Source: Camelus dromedarius (taxonomy: Eukaryota). Taken from it: a stretch of DNA of 64,000 nucleotides. Below are positions 23,423 through 35,659 of the stretch, piece after piece. Below the pieces are notes generated by a model. That model saw only the letters and a list, made by a program, of their open reading frames with translations, was not told where the DNA came from and did no database searches. Positions within the stretch are counted from its first letter, which is position 1; each line of letters starts with the position of its first letter. The stretch spans positions 37,326,001 to 37,390,000 of the forward strand of contig NC_087447.1 in the NCBI RefSeq assembly GCF_036321535.1, written 5' to 3'. Made by a program: the position numbers and the translations under genes.

Positions 23423-25449
23423 ACCTGCATGTGTATGTGTCAATGAATGAAAAAAACTCTGGAGCCATTGTTTTTGGCACTGAAGAGCTTGGGTTTTAAG
23501 AAGGTGGATTTGGCTCCCCAATTTGATGAAAATGTAATGAAATATCAAGCCCTGCTATAGGCCAGATTGTTTAAATTCCAGCCCTACTGATGTATAGAGC
23601 AGCCTTGTGTAGGGAATAGTCAATAGAGAACACAGGAAAGAGCAAGGACTTGGTGCTCACGCAGACTCAGTGTGAGTTCATTTCTGGGTGAAATGGAACT
23701 GTGGCACCGCCTTGCAGGCTTGCTAGAGGGAGCGAGTCCTGGTGTGCCATGTGCCACGGGCTCGGCAGAGTGCTGGCACATTGTCATTCCTGACCCTAGG
23801 TTGGTTTCTGAGTTGCCTCATGGAATTCTCAAAACAGGTGGCTTGGGAGGATGGAGAAGGCCCCCTAGGAGACAGGCAGCTCACTGGGATTGGAAGTAAG
23901 GTTTGTGGGACCCCCAAAGCCTGTGCAAAGGTGTCTCTCCTACATTAGAAAGTCTGAAATTTTGCATTTTGATTTTGTCTTTCACTTCATGATGGATTTG
24001 CACAGACTTTCTCTTCAGGAGCCCCCTTTCGGCTCTCCTATAGCTGCCCCTGCGGCCCTGAGTTCCACAGGAGGATCCCGCGAACCAAAACTGCCCAGGC
24101 ACTGTTTTGTCACAAGAATCTGATCTGCTCGCCACAGACCAATGCCCTACTAAACTCTTTTGTTTCCTCGTTACTCAGTGTAAAGGGATCAGGGGGGCAA
24201 AAGAGTAAGCAACAGTGACTGAGTTCTGTCGAGTGAAAAATGCAGCAGCAGAGACGGCAGTGCAGGCTGCCAGGGAACTCAGGCTCCAGAGGAACAGCAC
24301 CCCCTTCCCTCCCTACTTGGGTCAGGCAGCCCTGCCCCAGCAATGTCATTCCAGCAACCTTTGAGGAGCCAGTGAAATAGGTGCCAGATCCCAGCCGCTG
24401 CTCAGGGACAGCCAGGCCTCAGGGTGTAGTGGACGCTAGGGGTGCTGCCCACTTCCCCCTTCAGGACCAAGGCACCCACTCCCTCAGTGGATGTGGCTGT
24501 GGGCTCATAGCTGGGTCCCTCTCTGGGGATTGCCCTCAGCTGCAGGGTACCACCATCCCCAAGATCACATCTTCCTCAGGGAGGCACAAAGACTTAGCCC
24601 CCTTCTCCTAATTTGGGACAACTCTGAAGGGCCCTCCCAGCCCCATGGGAACAGTGGAGGCCACAGTCCTTTGTTCCAGCCTCTTCCCCCAAGGAGTACT
24701 TGCAGACTGAGCTGATACTATGGGTCTGCTTCCCAGGAACTGGACCAGAACCAGGGAGACCTCTGGTCTGGGAGATTAAAAAAACTTAGTTCTGCGCCCT
24801 CTTTTGTTCCCATCATGTCATGTGACCTCAGGCAAGTCCCAGATTCTCTGGGCCTTCAACTGCCAAATGCGCAGATTTGACCTTGAAGTTCCTTTCATCT
24901 TGGACTGACTGACCACGAAGAAACAGGAGCTCAGGGTAATATTGCAAGATCTGGTCTTTCCTGAGTAGGAAAGACCCTGTTTGCCTGTGACCTTTTCAGG
25001 TAATTCGGTTGTTCAGGGTAACTGTTATTAATGTCTCTTTCTCTCTCAGCACTGTCCTGGTTTGGATGATAAGTTTTTGGATTATCCTACTTCTGAGACA
25101 CACTGGACAGGAGGAGTGGAGATGGGGTTGGAGAAGAAAGTATAGAGTGAAGTCAGACGGCCCAGTATGGTGGTGCCTCTGTCTCCGGCTTTGCCTCCCT
25201 GGCCCAGTCTCTCTGAGCAAATCCCAGGCCTGCCGAGAAAGCAGCTCCATCTGTCCCCTCTGCTGCCCCTTCGCTCCCTGGGATCCTCTGGTGGAGGGCG
25301 CTCCATATACCAGCCTTGATGGGGGCAGCAAAGAGTTAATGCAGCTCTCGGTGGGGCCGGGCAACAGCCTTAGCAGCAAGCCTTGATTCTGATTAAACAG
25401 CTGTGCTCACAGAGGAACAGAATGTATGTGAATTAGTGAGTGAAGGTGA

Positions 25450-25790
25450 ACAAGTGTGGGGGAAGGTGTGTTTGTAAATTAACGTGTCTGAGAATATACG
25501 TGGCTGTGTGTGAGTGAGTGCATACAAGCATGCGGTGTGCACCTGGGTGCTTTGCATATGTGTGATATGTTCACGTAGAAAGATATGTTTGAATGGAAGT
25601 TAGTATATGTCTGTTTAGGACTGTGCATATAAGTGTGTGTATCTGCAGATGAGCTGTGAGGCCTGTGTGAGTGCACAGAAGCATTTTGGAAATTACAGAG
25701 CATTTAGAACAGTCATGGTTAAAATGAATTGTCTGGACACAAGCAGATAGTTGTGCATATGTTTGTCCATGTGTGGATGACAAGTGCTGA
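25450..25790. repeat. Degenerate TG-rich low-complexity region
   Basis: Many interrupted tgtg/tgca/tatg units. Confidence 0.6.
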
Positions 25791-25897
25791 GGTGGGCAGT
25801 GCTGTGGGCATTTATGGGACATTCAGGGCAACTCTCCCATTCTACAAATGAGGGGACAATTTCAAAGTAGTGGTCCCTCCAAAGTCACAAGAATAAC

Positions 25898-26342
25898 TGT
25901 GAAGTAGGTTGGATTACTCTCAGTTCCTCACTCCCTGCTCCCATGTGACCTGCTGAGCAGGACAGTGGGCAGATAGAGTTTATTTCCAGTCCCACTGACG
26001 TTGGCCTTGACCATCTGACCCACTTTGACCAATGGGATATGAGCAGCAGGCAGGAGGTGCCAGCTAAAAGCCAAGATCTCGAGGGGCACTTGCACTTCTG
26101 TCCTCACCCTGAACACTCGCCCCAGGGAAGCTGCCGCTCCCAGAAGGATGAGGAACCCGTGGAGCTCCCAGACACAGTGCGCAGTTGGGAGCCCAACCCA
26201 GCAGACCTGAGGCCTGAGACAGAGCTGCCACCAGCATTTATCGGCCAAGTCCATCTGCACTTCTGTGAGCATGACCATCAGTATTTGTTGGAAGCCCTGA
26301 AGATTTTAAAGTGGTCTGTGATGGAAATAGCTGGCTAATACA
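25898..26342 (+). mobile_element. MaLR solo LTR (MLT1H/I/J-like)
   Basis: cccactgacgttggccttgaccat...ctttgaccaatgggatatgagcag...; ends atagctggctaataca. Confidence 0.8.
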
Positions 26343-26429
26343 CCTTGTGAGACTGGAGCTTAAGTGGAGGCCCTACACTAGGTTTCTGGGCATGTCTGGG
26401 CACACCCGAGGAGCTGGTCCCCTCCATGG

Positions 26430-26520
26430 ATAGGGTGATTTAGTTGGTCTGGGGTATGGTCTGGGTTTTGAAATTTCGAAAAGATCCCCAGGTGATTCGA
26501 ATATGCAGACACACACCACA
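26430..26520. mobile_element. MER5B-like fragment
   Basis: gatttagttggtctggggtatggtctggg...aagatccccaggtgattcgaatatgcag. Confidence 0.7.
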
Positions 26521-26539
26521 GGGGAAAGGGGGACAAGGG

Positions 26540-26700
26540 ATGGGATGAGAGAGGTAAGTACAGGCTTTATGAAACTGTAAATGCCAAGCCAAAGAGCTTG
26601 GACTTTATTCTGAAAGTGACATGGGACCAACAGAGGGTTTTAAGGAGGACGAGGACACGTTCATAGCCATGTTATAGAAGGGTTACGCAAGCGGTTACAG
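26540..26700 (-). mobile_element. L2 fragment
   Basis: aatgccaagccaaagagcttggactttattctgaaag...gagggttttaag. Confidence 0.7.
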
Positions 26701-27149
26701 GGTGTTTTGGAAGCGAGGCCCTTACCTGGCTGGGCTCCTGCGTTACTTGGTAACCTCTGCCTGACCAGAGGTGGGATACCTGGGGACTCTTTCTACCTCA
26801 GAACCCATTTCCAGAGGGTTCAGTACACACTCAGGTGGCCCCACAGCTAGGAGTGACCATCTCAGAGAGGGAGAAAAAGAATCAGCAAACTTTCCCAGCT
26901 ACCCCATGATGACTGCAGAAACCCAGGCCTCACCATTGTCTCTCTTGGAATATCCCAACCCATCACGGTCTGCCCCAGCTCCACACCTCCTTCCACTGTA
27001 TAAAGCACAGCTAGTTCTGCTCCTGCCCTGCTGGCAAGCAGGCCCAGGCTCCCACTGCCTTTAGGGGAGGGTCAAGGTCCCTCCTATTCCAGCCCGAATC
27101 TGCCTTTCCAGCTTCACTCCCCACTGCAGCTCTTCAGAGGCCTCAGCGT

Positions 27150-27500
27150 CAACTTGCACACATCTGCCAGTGCCTTCCTGTGTGCTTCTAGCACACGAAT
27201 TTCTCTGCCTGGGAGTGTTCGTCCCTACCCTCTCCACCTGTCACAGTCGTACCAGACAGCCCCACTTAGGGGCCTGGTATTCCTTGAAATACTCCTGCAC
27301 TCCCACAACCCTAGGCAGAACCTGAAGCCTGTCCTCTGTTCCCCTCTTATTTGCCATGTGGGTTATTGACGCTCACATCTTGTTCAGCCTTTGTGAGCCT
27401 TTGCTGTTCTGGGATCTCAGCTCTCGCTTCTCCTCTAGCACCCCTGCCCCCAGCAGTGCCAGACAGGCAGGGAGTACTAGTGCGTGTTTGTCAGATTTGA
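27150..27500 (+). mobile_element. L2 3' fragment
   Basis: tctctgcctgggagtgttc...cctgcccccagcagtgccagacaggcagggagtactagtgcgtgtttgtcagatttgactgaat. Confidence 0.55.
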
Positions 27501-28149
27501 CTGAATTCTTTGCCTCCTGTCTGGGCTTCAGGGACAGCCAGGGCAGTGGGGCTGGCTGTGGGCCATGGAAATTCTTCCAAAGGCATCTTCTGCTCCTGCC
27601 CCTCCCACCCTGCCCAGATGCTCATGATGCTCAGCCTTTGCTCTCCCTTTGGGCTCAGGGACAAACACATCTCCTGGAAAGTTTTTGCCTTCTGTTATCA
27701 GGACAGGGCCTGGGCCATTGACAGATCTCTGGTCCATAGGCCCAAGTGCCCTAGAAGGTCATAGGCTTTATCTTGTTTATGTCTGTAACCTTCTTAAGGC
27801 CCCTTGCTTCTTGACAGTGTCACAGAGCAGGCCTGTTGCCTGGGATATGTCTGGATAGTGGCCCGGCTCACTCCCTCAGGGGCAGGGAAGAGGGCCAGTC
27901 ACTGATGCTGGTGGGAATTTCTAGCCAGCCCATGGTCAGTCTGCTTTTTACCTCAAAGGCTGGATCTGAAGCTGGGGCTGAGTGTGGGCACAAGGTGCGG
28001 CATTGAGGTTAAGATAGGGCAGGCAAGAGGCTAAGCCGCTACCTATTTTGTTTCTTCTTTGATCACTTCTAATGACTAAATCCTAAAAATTTAGATATTT
28101 GGTAGGTGTGGGAGTGGGAAGGGAAGAAAAGGAAAGGAAAGCAACCAAG

Positions 28150-28530
28150 AACTAAGAGCTACTGCTATGTGCCTGACACTAGAGAAAATAGCCAGTGCAA
28201 AGGCCCTGAGATAGAAATATGCTTAGTGTGTTCTAGGAATGCAAAGGAGACTATGAGGCTGGAGCAGACTGGGCAAGAGGAAGAGTGTTAGGAGTTGAGG
28301 TTAGGAAGGTAGAAACTGGTAAGTTTATGTATGCCATGATAGAGACTATAGCTGTTATTTAACAAACACAGGATCTGATTGATTTTCCTGAAGGATCATC
28401 CAGGCTGCATGAGAATCCCAGGCTCCCCCTTCCTCCAGAGGGGGGGGCCCTTTATCTCTTGTTTTCACTTGTCTCTAGCACATAGCATAGTGCCTCTCAC
28501 AGGATAAGCACTCAATAAATATTTCTTGAA
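28150..28530. mobile_element. Two L2 fragments in opposite orientation
   Basis: gccagtgcaaaggccctgag...tgttctaggaatgcaaaggagac (minus); ctagcacatagcatagtgcctctcacaggataagcactcaataaatatttcttgaa (plus tail). Confidence 0.75.
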
Positions 28531-29829
28531 GGTTTTGGCCAGAATTCAGTTCCTTACTTTTATTTAAGCTCATTATGAATTTTGAGAGCATTGCAACCAT
28601 CACCCAGATGGACACTTTGCCTTAGTGCCTTGTTAGGAGATTCTTCTCTGGTGAGCCCTGTTCCCCAGATGCCAGATGGGTAGAAACTGACATATGGTAC
28701 CTCCTACAGCTGGCAAATGCACAGCTGGATGCAATGCTGTGCACATCTGGTACCCACATGTCTAACTGGGACACGATAGTTAGCCAGATATCTGTGAATG
28801 TGTTATAGGCAAATTGGGAGAAATGGGAGGTCCTAGGTGCTTGCAAGAGGTGGTGAGTGCAAGTGGCTTTCAGGATGGCTTGTAGCCATTTTTCCAGAGG
28901 GACCTGGATGCCTAAGCCATGGCCAAGAGGCAGTGTTTCAAGCCCAGGGCTCCTTTTGTCTCCCAAATAAGCTCCAGCGTATATGGTTGGCAGAATCCTG
29001 GATGCCTACTTTCCTCAACCCGAATTTCCTCAACTGTAAAATGGGAGACATCCAAGGTGGAACAAGAAGTTAAAAATCATTTGGTTGAAGAACTTCACTA
29101 AATAATTGGGGACATGTATTGGATGGGTCTTTCATTTCTCTGGGCCTCTGTTCTCTGCAACATAAGGATGCTTGAAAGAGGATCTTTCTCAGGGAGCCCC
29201 CAGGCCAAAGAAAGTGAGATCTCTTCCTCTGAAACCTTGGCCAGCCCTGCTCTCTGCCTGGGGACACAGTGTGCCTTATCCTTCAGTTGGTCTGGAGAAA
29301 AACTGACTTCCTTTTGTTTTCCCTTTTGCATCCTCCCCATATTACTTATGAGGAGGCCACTTTCTTGAAGAAAATGGAGACTCAAACACAATTATTCTAT
29401 AAATTTTAAAATGCAATGTTATTGAAACTATTTTCCCCCAAACTGCTATTCAATTATAGGCATTGGAGAATTTTCAGGGGCCTATTTTAAGCCTTGGAGT
29501 CTCCAGTACATTTTAGAACCGTTCTTTAAAAGACATGGGCAGCATGTGAAAATCCCAGATGTTTCCTCAATGCTCTCAGCATCTCTGAGCTGAGTGGGGA
29601 AAGAAAGTGTCAATCAGGCCCCTCTGGGGAAGTGAAGTTTGGATTGAAATTCCTGACACTATTTTGTCATGAATGAATACTCCCAGAAAGAAAGGTGCTT
29701 CCCTCCTGGGGAAGGAGACTGGAAATCCAAAGATTCATGAGGAAGGAGGATTTTGGGGGAGTAAGAGAGTGGAATATGAGGCTGGAAGGGAGCTTGCTTT
29801 TGACCTCAGACCCACCTGGACTGGAGTTT

Positions 29830-30240
29830 CCTTTGGTCATCTCGTTTAACCCTCACCCTTGAAGGAAAGTCGTGTCATCCTTGCTTTGCAGATGCGGAAA
29901 CTGAGGCTCAAAGGGGCTACCCACCTAGGAAGTGACAACACCAGGAGCTGGACCGAGTCTCGTGGCCATTTCACTTGCCTGACCTGCCCAGGAAGTGCGC
30001 ACCGTGTCTATACCACAAACTGCAGCTGGACTGCCAGTCATTCAGCTTGAAGACCCTGGGCAACTTACTTAACCTTGTGTGTTTCATCTCAAGTGGAGCT
30101 AACGACTGTTTTCTCATCTAAATTGGGGGTAATAACTGTAGCTGCCTCACAGGGCTGTTGGGAGGATTAGCAGAGTTAGTGCATAGAAAACCTCAGGTGT
30201 GGTAGGCATATGCATGCTTGGCACATGGTAAGAGCTATAA
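29830..30240. mobile_element. Two MIR SINEs (minus ~29830-29960; plus ~30030-30240)
   Basis: ttgcagatgcggaaactgaggctca; gcctcacagggctgttgggaggatta...gcttggcacatggtaagagct. Confidence 0.75.
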
Positions 30241-30257
30241 AAAAAAAAAAAGAGCTC

Positions 30258-30489
30258 TTTTTTTTATTGAAAGCTAGTCAGTTTACAATGTTGTGTCAAT
30301 TTCTGGTGTACAGCATAATGTTTCAGTCAGATATATACATACCTCTATTTGTTTTCATATTCTTTCTCATTATAGGTTACTACAAGGTGTTGAATATAGT
30401 TCCCTGTGCTCCACAAAACAAACTTGTCGTTTATCTGTTTTATATATAGTGGTTAGTATCTGCAAATCTCAAGCCCCCAGTTTATCCCT
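30258..30489 (-). mobile_element. 5'-truncated young LINE-1 3' end (cetartiodactyl/camelid type)
   Basis: Poly(T) then attgaaagctagtcagtttacaatgttgtgtcaatttctggtgtacagcataatg...ttgaatatagttccctgtgct...tttatccct. Confidence 0.85.
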
Positions 30490-30719
30490 TTATGATTACT
30501 TTGACACAAGCTGGAGTTGTTAGCCCGGGAATGTGGCGGAATGGTGGAATTGTCCTCACCGACTCACCTGTGTTCCGCCATTGGGCTCCCACGAGATCTG
30601 ACACCTCCAGCGTCTCCTTCGCTGCTGCATCCTCCTCGATTCCACTGTCCTCCTTCATGACTTGTGATCTGGCCTGCCTGCTCTTCGCTTGTTTCTTATA
30701 TCTTTCATCACTGAAACCA

Positions 30720-30930
30720 TGGAGATTCAGTCACCAACCTTGCCACTTAACAGCTGTGTTGACCATGAGCAAATTTCTTAAGATTTCAAAGGCTTGGTTT
30801 CTCCACCTGTAAAATGGAAAAATAACATTACATTTCTCATAGGACTGTTGTGATAGTTCAATGTCATTAACAAACGCAAAATCTTAGATGATTAATTGTT
30901 CAGCTTTCACAATGATTATTATTATTAATC
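30720..30930 (+). mobile_element. MIR SINE
   Basis: tgccacttaacagctgtgttgaccatgagcaaatttctta...ggtttctccacctgtaaaatgg...ctcataggactgttgtga. Confidence 0.85.
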
Positions 30931-31364
30931 ATTGCCTAAAATGCTAAATTTGCTTTTCATTTTCTAATTTCTACTCATCATTTTAAAAGCCAGTTATAAC
31001 TCTGCATTCTATCTCCACCCACCTGCAGCTTTCCTAGAACTAACTTTCTCTCTCCTCTAAATTCCCTGTGGGCCCATCAGATTAGTCCCAAAGTGTCTTT
31101 CTACTTCCTGGGGAGACCTGCTCTTAACCATCTGTAAGTGAGGGCTCAGCTTTCTCTGTGATGCTCAAGCCAGCCAACAGGTGACTGCCTTGTCTTTTAT
31201 GGTGACAGAGGTTCTGGGTCCTCAGTCCCAGAGAAATATAACTTGAGCAAGGAGGGATTCAAAGATAATTGAACAAGTCTCTCCATTGTATTGGGGTGGC
31301 TACAGAGGTTCAGAAAGAAAAATGATTTCCCCCGAGCCACAAAACCACAGGGAATCAGCATGGC

Positions 31365-31560
31365 AGATGAGAAAGAACAGAGGATTTGGAACCAGAGAAC
31401 AATCCTCAAGTTTGAGCTCCTCTACTAACCATTATGACTTTGAGCAAGTCACTTAACCTCTCTGGACCTTGATTTTGACCTCTGTCGAATGGGAATGAGA
31501 ACCCTTAACTCACAGACTGTTACATTTAATGAGCTGACTTAGAGATTTTACAGCACATAG
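31365..31560 (+). mobile_element. MIR SINE
   Basis: tgactttgagcaagtcacttaacctctctggacct. Confidence 0.8.
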
Positions 31561-32382
31561 AGGCATAACTATTCTTATTACCCCATAGGGTTGTGGTGTA
31601 CTGAATGAGCTAATTTTCTTTTCATTGCTCTTGGTTAACTTGCTTTTCCCTGAACAGTTGGTCTCCAGTAATGCACTCTGGGGATACTCAGCGCCAATCC
31701 CAACCCAGGGCCTGGTGGTCGCCCGGCACCTGAACCCCAAAGCCCAGCGTCAGCCTTGTGGGGTTGAGATGTGCGGGGCCAGGCCGCGCTGGCCCCGCGG
31801 CAGTGCTGCATCTCCACCTATCTGGTTTGCTTCCCATCGTCTTCACTGAGAGGATGGGGTGCTCCTGTCCAACATATTTAGTGTCTTTAAACCAAGCAGA
31901 ACCAGTCTTGCCATGGATAGTCTATTCACTCTAATAGCAGTCACCTCTCCACACCCAGGTTGGAGGCCAGGGGAAGTACTCTCTGGGAAGATCTATTTTC
32001 CAAATTCCTTTATTGTCAGTGCTTGGCTGGAAAATCAAGTGGCTCTGGCTGAAGGGAAATTTCTACGCACAACTTCCTTTTCTTTTCCTGGTGTGCATAG
32101 ATGTAGCACCTCCTCACTCACCGCCTTCCTAGTCACCAAGACCCACACTTGGGGGAGGTACTGACCACAAGTGTGTCTGTTCGAGCAGCCTGGCATCATT
32201 CCCTTGGCAAAGACAGAAAAGGCCCTCTAGGTTGGCAAGACCTAAGCATCCCAGAGGCTAAATGTCCACCTAAATGTCTTTGGCAGGTTCCAGAATCTGT
32301 ATTTCATTCCTCCCAATCTAGGAGATGCCAAGAGAGAAATCTGGACTTGCTTTCAGACCTTCAGGCTACAACAGTATTTGTT

Positions 32383-32463
32383 TTTTTTGTTTGTTTGTTT
32401 TGTTTGTTTGTTTGTTTTTTAACTTTTTTTTATTGAGTTATAGTTATTTTACAATGTTGTGTG
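32383..32463 (-). mobile_element. Ultra-short LINE-1 3'-end insertion with (GTTT)n tail
   Basis: tttttattgagttatagttattttacaatgttgtgt flanked by 9-bp TSD gtatttgtt (32374-32382 / 32464-32472). Confidence 0.85.
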
Positions 32464-32607
32464 GTATTTGTTAAAAATAAGTATCTTCAGTGAACATTTC
32501 TGAGGGGCAGCCACAAGCAGGTATCCACTGGGAATAATTTATTTATTTCATAGACAGGCCAGGCCCTCTTTTGGGCACTCATTCATGCTCACAAGTGAAT
32601 TTGTGGC

Positions 32608-33070
32608 TCTGTCAGTCAGAAGACCTTGGTGGCAAGCAACAAAGCAAAATGTGGCTAATGTAAGTATAAGAGAATTTATTGGAAGGATAACAGGAGCTTA
32701 ATTAATCAATGGGAAAGTTGGAGACCCAAACTTAGAAGCAGACTTGAAGCAAATACTGCAGAATTAGGAACAATGAGTACATTCTCATAGCAGAAGCAAT
32801 TGGCCCAGGGACCTGCAAGGATATGTGAGCACCTCTTTCATCTTTGTATTACCGACTTGGAAATCAGACACCTCTGAGAGGGCACCAGCTGGCCAAGCTC
32901 TGGCACTTACTGACCCCTGGGTCTGACTGAGAAGCCCTCAGGGACCCCTTCGGCTCCTGTGGTGGGAGAGCCGGCATCTGGAAATACCATCCCATCAAGG
33001 TGGCAAATAACCAGGGGAAATTAATTTCTCCAAAAAGTCAAGTTCCTGGTTGGAATGGGGAATGGAAGCT
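32608..33070 (-). mobile_element. Old MaLR LTR (MLT1K/L-like)
   Basis: gtcagtcagaagaccttggtggcaagcaacaaag...gaatttattggaaggata...ctggccaagct...ggaatggggaatgga. Confidence 0.65.
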
Positions 33071-33123
33071 TCATAGCGCTCCTCCTCTCAAATTCTCTAT
33101 TTTTGTGTTCATAGTTTAGAATG

Positions 33124-33125
<2 letters not shown>

Positions 33126-33163
<38 letters not shown>
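33126..33163 (+). repeat. (GT)19 microsatellite
   Basis: Perfect run at an L2 tail. Confidence 0.97.
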
Positions 33164-33164
<1 letters not shown>

Positions 33165-33169
33165 GTTTT

Positions 33170-33400
33170 GAACAACTAACGATTCAACGAACATTTTCTG
33201 AACATCTACACTATGTCAGGCATGTGTTAACTACCGGGGATGCAGTACTAAGAAAGTAACTATGTAGTGGAGGGAGGTGAGCCTCAACAGATATCACACC
33301 GTTTGGAAATACACACCTGTACATAGTGCTGTGGAAACACAGCCCTACTTTTCCTGATTAAGTCCAGCAAGACATCCCAGAAAAAGTGACACAAGCCAGA
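33170..33400 (-). mobile_element. L2 3' fragment
   Basis: attcaacgaacattttctgaacatctacactatgtcaggcatgtg...ggggatgcagt. Confidence 0.7.
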
Positions 33401-35504
33401 TTTTTAAGCTCGAGAACACTGGAAACAGAGATGGCTTGTTTGTAACAGTAAGCATCCATACATCCTCCCGTTCACTATAATTTATTCAACAAACATTCAT
33501 TAGGTCCCAAGAGTGTGTGAAACTCTGAGTTTAGCTGGGTTGAAAAGAATAATCACCATCACTATATGTAAGAACAGCCAGTAAGCAAGAAGTGGAAAAG
33601 ACTTTTCCTGAGTAATTTTCTCCTAATTTGCGTGCGTCTCACTGGCCAAGGTCTGAGCCACTCCAACCATAGCTCTGGCTACCCACTCGGGAAGAAATGA
33701 ACCAGCCCGGAAGCCACAGAAATTCCCTTTGTGCCCCACCCTCAGATTTTGGAGTACCTTGTTCTTCTTTCCATATAACTGTTCCCTCCTCTCACCTTGC
33801 CCCAGGGTCAGGCTGAGTCCTGCTGGAGTACATGGAGGGGATGGAGAAGGGAACTGCGGGCCCTGCATCCCTCCTCTTTCCTGCGATCCCAGCCTCAGCA
33901 CAAATCTGTTGGCAACACGCTCAGGTTTGGGTGTGTCCAGATGGGTGCAGAAGACAGGACTCTCACCCATGCTCTGGACAGCATCATATCACTACAGCAT
34001 GTAGCTCTGGACCAGCCCCTCCCTCACTGGCTCTTTCCCATCTGAGAAATGAGAGATGAGATTCCAAATGCTCTGCACTTTCCATCTCTTGGATTCCTTT
34101 GGCCTTGCCTTCTCCTCCTCTCTCGTTCTGTCTTGGGCCTTGAGTCTTCATCTCAAACACTCCAGCTCTCTCCACCTCCCTGAAGACCCAATCCAGATTT
34201 CCCTGATATCCAGAGTCTTGTTTCTTACCCCAGAGACTAAGCTTTAGCCTCCTGACTCCCCCACCAGGCTCAGGATCCTCTACTAATTTCAGTGAAGGAG
34301 CAGTAACGGGCACTGGCACCCCCACCCCCTCCTCATCACACACAAATGTGTCCTTGACTCCACTGTTAGCAAAAACCTTAAGAAAACTTCAAAAGAGGTA
34401 GCTTCAAGGACAAGTAGGAAGCCACGCAAGTCAAGGGAAAGACTGCAGAGACTGAACAGCATCCTCTGCTCCCTGGCCCCCTGGGGACCTTGCAGAGCAT
34501 TTGGCCCTGCCAGGGATTTTTGAAAGAACCCAGCTCAGCCCCACCTTGGCAGAAACCCTCCCCTCTCCATGCTCTCTTTCTCCGTTGTGACAGATTCTGC
34601 TCTGATACCTTTGGTACCCAGCTCCCAAAGAAGAAAACAGATTACCCATCACTGAGTAATTATAGAGCAACTGAAAGGCCATTTAGCTACTGTGTGATAA
34701 GCAATAGACTATTTTAATAATAACCAATTACCATACATTATAGTATATCATTTGGCATTTGATGATCTACTGGGGTCTCACCTGTTCCTTCCCTTACTGA
34801 GCATTTCACGGCTGTTCACACCTTCCCCAAGAGGAGTTGTGTCAGTTTCTAATTGAAGCACTAATTTTAGGAAATAGTTAGGAAAAGTTTGTAGAGGTGG
34901 TGCAAATTATATCATGCCAAGTAGAAGGATGTGTTCTGCCAAGTGTCTTTCTGACAGCTCTGCCATTACATTGCACTCAGCAGAATGGAGAGTGAGATTT
35001 GTTTCATGATCTGTGTTTGCCTTTCATCATTAAAGGAGGTATAAACCTGGAGGCCTGATGTCCAGGCAGACATGTGGCCATTCCAAACAGCTGCCCTCTC
35101 TGTGCCGCTGATCACTCTGTCCCCTGACAGGATGCTCTCTCCCTTCCCGTTGAGCTGGAAGTCATGGGGCTGAGCGCCCTACTACAGAGTCCACCACGGA
35201 AGCTAGAGCAGACCCTGCCCAGGACATAGTGGTTCACAAAGGAACAAGAAGGATGATCCCTAGCCCCCTAAGATCTGCTCAGCCTGTTCCCCTGGCCTGT
35301 GCTCCCCTCTTTAAATTCACCCACTCAGCCACTTCCCTAGGGCACCAGCCTGCCGAGGGAATCGCCAGGCCAGCTCTGGAGCCAGTGTCCATCCCCGCAG
35401 TCATGTATACACTGAATTCTTCTTGTGACCTACCCCATGCAGAGGCTTAGCTCTTAATCCTTTTTCCCCAGGAAGGCACCTGGAGCCCTCATGAAAATTT
35501 TCAA

Positions 35505-35546
<42 letters not shown>
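35505..35546 (+). repeat. Compound microsatellite (CT)9(CA)12
   Basis: Directly visible. Confidence 0.95.
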
Positions 35547-35547
<1 letters not shown>

Positions 35548-35659
35548 GTTTAACCTCCAATAGGCCCCCTGTTACCAGTTCCCAGATTTGTATATTTGTA
35601 GTGGTTACTGTCTGGGTCAGACCTATGGGATCTCACACATCGCTCTTCTGCTCTCACAA

